64,000 nt of DNA, taken from the NCBI GenBank assembly GCA_965279015.1, contig OZ257130.1, positions 575,723-639,722 of the forward strand, given 5' to 3'. This document shows positions 21,060 through 28,596 of this stretch, one piece after another. Numbering within the stretch: the first letter of the stretch is position 1; each line of letters starts with the position of its first letter. The notes under the pieces are model-generated. The model ran no database searches. It was not told the origin of the DNA and saw only the letters and a program-made list of their open reading frames with translations. The position numbers were made by a program, and so were the translations under genes. Source of the DNA: Chitinophagaceae bacterium (GTDB lineage Bacteria; Bacteroidota; Bacteroidia; Chitinophagales; Chitinophagaceae).

Positions 21060-21063
21060 TCTC

Positions 21064-22287
21064 CTACAAAATACTCTTCACCTTCAGCGTCAACAACAAC
21101 GGTCCGTCTTCGCGCAGTACCAATATTTTCAGCTTGCCACCTGGCGTTTGGAGCAACGTTTTATACGCCTGAATATTATTGGTGAAGTTGTTCTCGATTG
21201 CCATTACAATATCGCCTGGTTTAAACCCGGCAGTTTCAGCGGGTGATCCGGGCATTACGTCGATCACTCTTATTTCACCATCGATCACATACATACCCAG
21301 CCCTGTATAGGAATAATCGAATGGTTCACGCAGGTGAGAATTGGGCATCAGGTAAAGATCGCGCCGATCATAATTAATGATAATATTGAAACGGCGGAGC
21401 AGGTCATTTCCTATTAAGCCACCCAGGTAAGGGTATGAAGTGACATTAAAATCATCTTCAAAAATATAGGTGGGTACATTGCGGAATTTATAGGGACCCA
21501 GTTTCATCATCTTCAATACACCCTGTTTCATCGGGGCCTTTCCGCCCAGGCCCTCTGCCTGTGTTGCGTACCATTTGCGACGTGGGTTTACAAAATTACT
21601 GTCTTCAACAAAATCACTAGACAGCAACAGGCACATGCCGGCGCCTGTATCAAAGTAGTAGCGGTTCAACACTTCACGCTCGTCTTTTACTGTTGTGCTG
21701 AATACTGGTATATTAATAAGTAAAGGGCGTATCAGGAAACCACCCCGTGGGTATTTCATCGTTCCCTTGGAATAAACGAATATCCGTAAACTGTCGTAAT
21801 CAATTTTAACGATATAACGGGACAAAAATGAAAATCCTATAATACCATCGATCTTTTCGCCATAAGAACTGGTTAATACCTCATAATCGTTGATATGAAA
21901 GTTAAGACTGTCGACTGTAAGTTTTGGTAAATGCAATTTCATGTTGTACGCAAACCGTACCTGTCTGATACCGGCAATTCCACGGATAGTACGGTCACTC
22001 ATTTCGGATTTAATCTGTAGTCGGTCGGCTGTAGATGAATCGAGTGAAATTCCCCCGCTACCGGTATCCAGTATAAAGTTGAGTGTATCCTTATGATCCC
22101 CTACTTGAGCCTTCAGCGTTACGATTCCACCAGTAAGTATCTTGAAACGAAAGCTGGTGATTAATTTTGAGGGGGGAGGTATAAACTCTTCCTGTGCTTG
22201 TAACAGGTTACAAAACAGCAAAGCGATAACAAGTATCCTTGATAACTTTAGCATGGCAAGCAATTGAATCAACCTTTTCAGAAACAA
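21064..22287 (-). CDS. Retropepsin-like aspartyl protease (two DTG domains) with C-terminal PDZ
   Basis: LDTGSG, FDTGAG, GLIGNDLLRRF, PDZ region GSPAETAGFKPGD; signal peptide. Confidence 0.9.
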   Translation of the reverse strand: MFLKRLIQLLAMLKLSRILVIALLFCNLLQAQEEFIPPPSKLITSFRFKILTGGIVTLKAQVGDHKDTLNFILDTGSGGISLDSSTADRLQIKSEMSDRTIRGIAGIRQVRFAYNMKLHLPKLTVDSLNFHINDYEVLTSSYGEKIDGIIGFSFLSRYIVKIDYDSLRIFVYSKGTMKYPRGGFLIRPLLINIPVFSTTVKDEREVLNRYYFDTGAGMCLLLSSDFVEDSNFVNPRRKWYATQAEGLGGKAPMKQGVLKMMKLGPYKFRNVPTYIFEDDFNVTSYPYLGGLIGNDLLRRFNIIINYDRRDLYLMPNSHLREPFDYSYTGLGMYVIDGEIRVIDVMPGSPAETAGFKPGDIVMAIENNFTNNIQAYKTLLQTPGGKLKILVLREDGPLLLTLKVKSIL

Positions 22288-22401
22288 TAACTTTATTTGA
22301 TTTGCTGCTCTTCGCAGTCCGGTAAATTACTTTATTTATTGTAAATGGCCTTAACCGCTGGTAGAATTATAAACAAACTATGCTGTCAATTTTTCCTTTA
22401 G

Positions 22402-22409
22402 TATTTTTG
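22402..22409 (+). promoter_or_regulatory. Bacteroidota sigma-A -7 element (TATTTTTG)
   Basis: Matches TAnnTTTG, 16 nt before the mqnC ATG. Confidence 0.5.
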
Positions 22410-22425
22410 CGTTTCAATAGTTATT

Positions 22426-23550
22426 ATGGATTTGCAGCAGTTATTTCATCGCGTTTTAAAATTCGAATTTCTTTCTGTTGAAGAGGGTATGTTTCTATTT
22501 CAGCAGGCTCCGCTGGCTGAAATAATGTTTGTTGCGGACGAACTACGCAAAAAGCAGGTTCCGCATGGAAAAGTAACTTGGCAGATCGATCGCAATGTGA
22601 ACACCACGAATGTCTGTATCGCCAATTGTAAGTTTTGTAATTTCTACCGCATTCCAGGCCATGCGGAAGCATATATAACAGACATTGCCACTTATAAAAA
22701 AAAGATAGAAGAAACCATCCGTTGGGGTGGTGACCAATTATTGTTGCAGGGCGGGCATCATCCAGAATTAGGCCTCCGCTTTTACACCAACCTGTTCCGG
22801 CAGCTGAAGGAATTATATCCATCTATTAAACTTCATACTCTTGGTCCTCCGGAAGTAGCGCATATTACCAAACTTGAAAAATCGACCCACCGTGAAGTAT
22901 TAACCGAACTGAAAAAAGCCGGAATGGATAGTTTGCCGGGAGCAGGCGCCGAAATACTGATTGACCGTGTTCGCAGACTTATTTCTAAAGGAAAATGCGG
23001 GGCGCAGGAATGGTTGGATATAATGCATGAAGCGCACAAATTAAATATCACCACATCGGCTACTATGATGTTCGGCCATGTGGAAACCATACAAGAAAGA
23101 TTTGAGCACCTGGTGAAACTACGGGAAGTGCAAAGCCGCAAACCAGAGAATGCTAAAGGATTTCTTGCCTTTATTCCCTGGACCTTCCAGGATGCGGATA
23201 CTTTGCTGGCCCGTATCCGAGGTGTACACAATCTTACTACACCTGAAGAATACATACGCATGATTGCAATCAGTCGAATAATGCTTCCGAATGTAAAGAA
23301 CATACAGGCTTCGTGGTTAACCGTGGGTAAACAAACGGCGCAGATCTGTTTGAATGGCGGCGCTAATGATTTTGGAAGTATTATGCTGGAAGAAAATGTG
23401 GTGAGTGCTGCCGGTGCCCCTCATCGCTTTACTTATAAATCCATACAGCAAGCGATCCGAGAAGCCGGGTTTGAACCACAACTACGCAACCAACAATATG
23501 AATGGAGGGAATTGCCGGAGGTGATAGAGGAGCAGGTGATTGATTATTGA
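22426..23550 (+). CDS. mqnC: Cyclic dehypoxanthinyl futalosine synthase (CofH/MqnC radical SAM)
   Basis: TNVCIANCKFCNF (CxxxCxxC), LLQGGHHP, SLPGAGAEIL, ATMMFGHVE, GANDFGS. Confidence 0.85.
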   Translation: MDLQQLFHRVLKFEFLSVEEGMFLFQQAPLAEIMFVADELRKKQVPHGKVTWQIDRNVNTTNVCIANCKFCNFYRIPGHAEAYITDIATYKKKIEETIRWGGDQLLLQGGHHPELGLRFYTNLFRQLKELYPSIKLHTLGPPEVAHITKLEKSTHREVLTELKKAGMDSLPGAGAEILIDRVRRLISKGKCGAQEWLDIMHEAHKLNITTSATMMFGHVETIQERFEHLVKLREVQSRKPENAKGFLAFIPWTFQDADTLLARIRGVHNLTTPEEYIRMIAISRIMLPNVKNIQASWLTVGKQTAQICLNGGANDFGSIMLEENVVSAAGAPHRFTYKSIQQAIREAGFEPQLRNQQYEWRELPEVIEEQVIDY

Positions 23551-23664
23551 AGAAGCTTCGAGCCTTTAGCCACGAGCTGCGAGCTGCTTCTGAAAACATA
23601 AACGATATTTCAATTTTTAACCGGACGTTGCTAGTAGCTCGAAGCTAGCGGCTCAAAGCTTCTT
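23550..23664. repeat. 7-mer (AGCT-type) inverted-repeat element
   Basis: aagaagcttcgagcc ... ggctcaaagcttctt terminal inverted repeats with gagctgc-type units. Confidence 0.8.
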
Positions 23665-23666
23665 AA

Positions 23667-23951
23667 ATGACCAAGCTCTCCTTACTACGCAAAGCAGGCA
23701 TCGCCGAGGGAATATCCTTTCTTGTATTGCTTCTTATAGCTATGCCGCTAAAATATTTCTTTCAGCAACCCATGGCAGTAAAAATTGTAGGTTGGGCACA
23801 TGGGGTTTTATTTGTATTGTTCCTGCTATTGGCATGGGTGGTGAAAACGGATCGGAACAAATCTTTTAAATGGATGGCGCTGGCTTTTGTAGCCTCCATA
23901 TTACCAGCAGGAACCTTCCTGTTTGACAGGAAATTGAAGAAAGAAAATTAA
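23667..23951 (+). CDS. DUF3817 family small membrane protein
   Basis: AEGISFLVLLLIAMPLKY, GWAHGVLF, ASILPAGTF. Confidence 0.85.
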   Translation: MTKLSLLRKAGIAEGISFLVLLLIAMPLKYFFQQPMAVKIVGWAHGVLFVLFLLLAWVVKTDRNKSFKWMALAFVASILPAGTFLFDRKLKKEN

Positions 23952-24152
23952 GAACAGGCAAACCCCTCCTCCTGTATGGTCTCTAAATGCAAAGAATATC
24001 TGTAAAAAGCCTATAAACCGGGCTTTTTATAAGAATTTTTTTTTAACTTAACATAACATCATACCGCCCCCTCCCCCCATGTAACGCTTTCCGTATCATT
24101 TCAGTTTTAAAAGGCCCCGAGGTAGCAATTAATTTATTGCTAAACTATTGTT

Positions 24153-24854
24153 ATGCTTGAAATTGAAATCTATTTACAGCATAAAAATGAGCTACAAAAG
24201 AAACTGGTAGACCTTCTCGCCCGGCAAATAGATGCAAGTGTAGAAACCGAAGGCCCATATAGAAACGAGATACGAAAAACAGAACGTCTACTCAGAGAAG
24301 CCGATGAAAAAGTTGCTAAGCTCTCAAAAGAAACAATATTTAAAGATGAAATAATTGTAGCACCCGGCGCCATCAAAACAATTAAAATATTTCTTGCTTC
24401 CTCCTCGGAATTAAAAACAGAACGCGATCAATTTGAAATATTCATAAACCGGGAAAATAATGAACTAATCAATAAAAATGTTTTTTTAAGATTGGTGGTA
24501 TGGGAAGATTTTATTGATGCTATATCTGAAACAAGGTTACAAGATGAATACAACAAGTCTATCCAGCAATCGGATATCTTTTTAAGTCTTTTCTATACCA
24601 AAGCCGGGAAATACACCGAAGAAGAGTTTGATGCGGCACTGACCAATTTCAAAAAAGAAGGCAAACCCCTTGTCTATACGTATTTTAAAAATGTTCCGGC
24701 GGGCACGCAGAAATTAAGCGAAGAAACCAGCCTGTTAAATTTTAAAAAAAGACTTTCGCAGATCGGGCATTACCTTACCTCTTTTGAAAATATATATGAC
24801 CTGAAATACCAGTTTAAAATGCAATTGGAAAAAATCATCCCTCAATTCATATAA
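24153..24854 (+). CDS. N-terminal helical domain plus TIR-like (DUF4062-like) domain protein
   Basis: KIFLASSSEL...LVVWED...QDEYNKSIQQSDIFLSLF...KYTEEEF: flavodoxin-like beta/alpha pattern with a conserved Glu. Confidence 0.7.
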   Translation: MLEIEIYLQHKNELQKKLVDLLARQIDASVETEGPYRNEIRKTERLLREADEKVAKLSKETIFKDEIIVAPGAIKTIKIFLASSSELKTERDQFEIFINRENNELINKNVFLRLVVWEDFIDAISETRLQDEYNKSIQQSDIFLSLFYTKAGKYTEEEFDAALTNFKKEGKPLVYTYFKNVPAGTQKLSEETSLLNFKKRLSQIGHYLTSFENIYDLKYQFKMQLEKIIPQFI

Positions 24855-24857
24855 TAC

Positions 24858-25667
24858 ATGACAGAAGAACTCAGAATACAAGAAGCGCATTTAAAAAAGC
24901 TTTATAAAAACCTTGAGGAACTTCTGGAAGGGCAAAGGAATGCAGGTCCTGGGACAGAAGGCGATTATAAAAATCTAATCAATACAAATGGTAATGATAT
25001 TTCCGCTACGAGGAAAAAAATCGAACTCCTGAAAAACCAGGAACAAAACAATAAACCCGAAACACTCTTTATCTATATTATAACCAATACCAATGAGGGA
25101 ATTCGCTCTGCCATTGGTGCAGATTTGTTTGAGGTGTTGAATCCAACTAATCATGATGACGAGGATTGTTCAAAGTGGATCCCATTTACCAGAGACATGA
25201 ATAGCATTTGCGAACTTATTAACGAGTTAAGGAACAGGGGATATGTATTTAAAGAAGAGTATCTGACCGGCAATATAAGCGCGCAAAAGGAAGTGAGCAT
25301 AGAGGACGATTTACAGATCAGTATCGCTGTAATCGATCTGCTGTCTTTAGATAAAGAGAATGAAAAAATCGCGGGCATCTTTAATAACAAACTCGCCTGC
25401 AGTGTAATTACTCCTATTGCTGATTCTTTGCATGAAAAGGTAAAAGAATTTATGATTCAAAAAAGAAAGGCTGTTTTTACGAGGCTGGAATATCGAATAG
25501 CCAATTTGGACATTGATAGTTATAACCCGGAAATCGCAGGAAAATTAACTTTTATTAATATTCTTCACAGAATTTTCAAAACGAAACAACCTGTTATCGG
25601 AATTATTAAACCCGATGGTTCTGATATTCGTGCCCGTTTGAGTACACAAAACAACCCATCCATTTGA
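24858..25667 (+). CDS. Uncharacterised protein: N-terminal helical domain shared with 24153..24854, FxsC-C-like C-terminal domain
   Basis: N-terminal similarity seen directly; KWIPF, IAVIDLLSL and SVITP recall the FxsC C-terminal domain (inference). Confidence 0.6.
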   Translation: MTEELRIQEAHLKKLYKNLEELLEGQRNAGPGTEGDYKNLINTNGNDISATRKKIELLKNQEQNNKPETLFIYIITNTNEGIRSAIGADLFEVLNPTNHDDEDCSKWIPFTRDMNSICELINELRNRGYVFKEEYLTGNISAQKEVSIEDDLQISIAVIDLLSLDKENEKIAGIFNNKLACSVITPIADSLHEKVKEFMIQKRKAVFTRLEYRIANLDIDSYNPEIAGKLTFINILHRIFKTKQPVIGIIKPDGSDIRARLSTQNNPSI

Positions 25668-25679
25668 TTAAACTGCTAT

Positions 25680-28556
25680 ATGAAAATAATTTCTTTTTAT
25701 TCATACAAAGGAGGAGTTGGCCGGAGTCAGCTCTGCTCAAATATTGCCGCTTACCTGTTCTATCATAAAGGGAAAAAAGTGTTGCTATGGGATTGGGATT
25801 TTGAAGCGCCCGGTCAGCATTATTTTTTTGGACTTAAGAATAAGGATATTCAAAAAGCCGGGACACTCGAATTACTCGAAGAATATATGATTACCATGCG
25901 CAAAGGAGGGGAAATAAAACCTTCGGATCTTACTTATGTTACCGCAGAAAAAAATATTACCCCACTCCGATTTCCTGATAGTAGCAATACTGGTAAAACA
26001 GGTTGTATAGATTTACTGGCCGCCGGAGCATACGAAAATGATTTTGGGTACCGGGCAAATAACTTTGATTGGTTCGAGTTCTACAGCATGATGGATGGTG
26101 CCAATTACATAGAACATCTTAAAGAACAATTGGGGACCCTGGGATACGACTATATACTCATTGACAGCCGAACCGGTATCAGCGATTATTCCGGTATCTG
26201 TAATATTCAACTCCCTGCAATTAATGTTCTGGTTGTTGCGCCGACTCTTCAAAATTTTGAGGGCTGCAAATCCATCATAGAAAAAATTCAAAAGGCAGAA
26301 TACCATAAGATAAAAAAAACCAAACCGCGCATTTTGCCAATACTGTCCCGGTTGGACTATAGTAATCCTAATTACAATGAATGGGTGCTTCGATTTTCGG
26401 AATATTTTTCGGCCACTATGATAAACCTGGATGACGAGTTTGATCTTGAGTTCCTGCCGGAGATATTTTCAGATGTCTATTTTAAAGATACTTTTCTTCC
26501 CTATACTCAAGCGATTTCCGCCGGTGAAAATATCCTGTTCAGTTATCAACGAACCTATACCAGCACGGATCACACAAAACCTTTCCGGAATATCGCAGAA
26601 TATATTGAAAGTATAAACGTACAGGGTTATATCAGCTTCTATAAACGACTGGATGAAGATACCTGGGTCAATTACGCAGATATTGCGGAGGAGAAAAGCG
26701 AGCACAGAAAAGCCGCCATTGCATACACACAAATTGGAATCAAACAAAACGATACTGATAGAAAACTAGAATACTTTAATAAAGCCATTTCGATCGATAG
26801 CGGTTATCCCCAACCATATTACTATGGCGGCAATAGCTATTATGTAAAGGGAAACAAGGAAAAGGCAATTGAGTTTCTCCAAAAATATGTAGACATAGTT
26901 CCCGATTATTATCTCCCCTGGTTTAACCTGGGATTGATCTGCTATGAATCAGGATTAAAGGAAAAAGCCATCGAATGCTACAATATAGCGATCGAATTAA
27001 AACCTGATTATCACCTGGCCTGGAATAACCGCGGATTGATCTATTATGAAGACGGACAAAAAGAAAAAGCCATCGAATGCTATAATAAAGCGATCGAATT
27101 TAAACCCGAATTCCCCCAGCCCTGGTACAATCTGGGATTGATCTATAATGAAGAGGGTCCAAAAGACAAAGCCATCGAGTGCTATAATAAAGCGATCGAA
27201 TTTAAACCTGATTATTACCTGGCATTGAATAACCTGGGATTGATTTATAATGATATGGGAGAATATGAAAAAGCCATGACTTATTATAACAAAGCCATCG
27301 AATCTAAACCCGATTATCACCCGGCATTGAATAACCTGGGATTGATTTATGAACGACTAGGACAAAAAGAAAAAGCGATCGAAGCATTCAATAAAGCTAT
27401 CGAGTTAAAACCCGACTATCACCTGGGATGGAATAACCTTGGATTGATTTATGACCAGTTAGATCAAAAGGAAAAAGCCATCGAGTGTTATAAAAAATCA
27501 ATCGAGTTAAAAAACGATTACCCCCTCAGCTGGTATAACCTGGGATTAATGTATGAAAAGACAGAACAAATAGATAAAGCTATAGAATGCTATAGTAAGT
27601 CGACTGAGTTAAACCCCAATTACTCACTCAGCTGGTATGGCCTGGGTTTAATGTATGAAAGGAAAGAAAAAATAGATAAGGCTATTGAATGCTATAGTAA
27701 GGCAACCGAGTTAAAACCCGAATATCCGCTAAGTTGGAATAACCTGGGATTACTCTATGAAAGGACAGAACAAAAAGAGAAAGCTATTGAATGCTATATC
27801 AAGGGGACCGAGTTAAAGCCCGACAATCACCTTCCATGGCACGACCTGGGAAGAATATATAATAGTATGTCTCAAACCGAACAAGCCATCTATTATTACG
27901 ACAAATCCATCGAAATTAAACCTGATTACTATCTTTCATGGAACAATTTGGGGGTGATCTATTATCGGCTGGGACAACAGGAAAAGGCTATTGATTGTTA
28001 CAAAAAAGCGATCGAGTTGAAATCAGATTATTTTAATTCATGGTTTAACCTCGGTTTGATTTATAATGATATGGGAGATACAAAAAAAGCAATCGAAGTC
28101 TATAACAAAGCCAGTGAACTAAATCCAACAGATTATGGTGTGTGGGTGCAACTGGCGGATATTTACAATAATTTGAAACAAACAGAAAAAGCAGAAGAGT
28201 TCTATAAGAAAAGCATCGCTTTAAATCCAACCTCGTCCGAAGTTTATAATACTTACGGATTTATGCTGTTCAAGTTGGGAAAGGCAGATCTAGCAGAAGA
28301 CTATTTTCAAAAAGCGGTGGAGTTGGGATCTAATACACATGGGAGTATGAACCTTGCCAATATCCGTTTTATCAAAGGCAACTGGCAGAAAGCAGTTGAA
28401 CTCTATAAAAAAAGTCTCGATCACTTTAAAGAAAAAGATCAATTCTGGACAGGAATCGATGGCGATTTTCAATACCTGCAACAGTATAATATTTCAAAAC
28501 AGGATTTTGAAAAAATGAAATTCGAAATTTCCCAAACTACTGTTCCGGTAAGTTGA
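25680..28556 (+). CDS. KGGVGR-variant ParA/MinD-type ATPase fused to about 16-17 TPR repeats
   Basis: FYSYKGGVGRS, WDWDFEAPG, DYILIDSRTG; 34-aa repeats W.NLGLIY...G..EKAIECY.KAIELKPDY. Confidence 0.9.
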   Translation: MKIISFYSYKGGVGRSQLCSNIAAYLFYHKGKKVLLWDWDFEAPGQHYFFGLKNKDIQKAGTLELLEEYMITMRKGGEIKPSDLTYVTAEKNITPLRFPDSSNTGKTGCIDLLAAGAYENDFGYRANNFDWFEFYSMMDGANYIEHLKEQLGTLGYDYILIDSRTGISDYSGICNIQLPAINVLVVAPTLQNFEGCKSIIEKIQKAEYHKIKKTKPRILPILSRLDYSNPNYNEWVLRFSEYFSATMINLDDEFDLEFLPEIFSDVYFKDTFLPYTQAISAGENILFSYQRTYTSTDHTKPFRNIAEYIESINVQGYISFYKRLDEDTWVNYADIAEEKSEHRKAAIAYTQIGIKQNDTDRKLEYFNKAISIDSGYPQPYYYGGNSYYVKGNKEKAIEFLQKYVDIVPDYYLPWFNLGLICYESGLKEKAIECYNIAIELKPDYHLAWNNRGLIYYEDGQKEKAIECYNKAIEFKPEFPQPWYNLGLIYNEEGPKDKAIECYNKAIEFKPDYYLALNNLGLIYNDMGEYEKAMTYYNKAIESKPDYHPALNNLGLIYERLGQKEKAIEAFNKAIELKPDYHLGWNNLGLIYDQLDQKEKAIECYKKSIELKNDYPLSWYNLGLMYEKTEQIDKAIECYSKSTELNPNYSLSWYGLGLMYERKEKIDKAIECYSKATELKPEYPLSWNNLGLLYERTEQKEKAIECYIKGTELKPDNHLPWHDLGRIYNSMSQTEQAIYYYDKSIEIKPDYYLSWNNLGVIYYRLGQQEKAIDCYKKAIELKSDYFNSWFNLGLIYNDMGDTKKAIEVYNKASELNPTDYGVWVQLADIYNNLKQTEKAEEFYKKSIALNPTSSEVYNTYGFMLFKLGKADLAEDYFQKAVELGSNTHGSMNLANIRFIKGNWQKAVELYKKSLDHFKEKDQFWTGIDGDFQYLQQYNISKQDFEKMKFEISQTTVPVS
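26800..28430 (+). repeat. Coding 102-bp tandem repeats (TPR array)
   Basis: ga(a/c)aaagccatcga(a/g)tgcta at 26961, 27063 and 27165 (period 102). Confidence 0.9.
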
Positions 28557-28596
28557 TAGAGTAATTGCAGTATTACAACAACAAAATAGTTGCCGT

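Noticed and set aside
22426-23951. Radical SAM gene as the maturase partner of the FxsC/FxsT-like module
   Set aside because: Its motifs match MqnC/CofH, it has no SPASM domain, and no FxSxx-type precursor peptide was found nearby.
24035-24080. T9 run and C-rich tract upstream of the TIR-like operon as a phase-variation switch
   Set aside because: The tracts are short or interrupted, and their position relative to a promoter cannot be established.
26800-28430. 102-bp tandem repeats as a CRISPR array or DGR template/variable repeats
   Set aside because: They are in-frame TPR coding repeats with no unique spacers, no cas or reverse transcriptase gene, and no adenine-specific mismatch pattern was evident.
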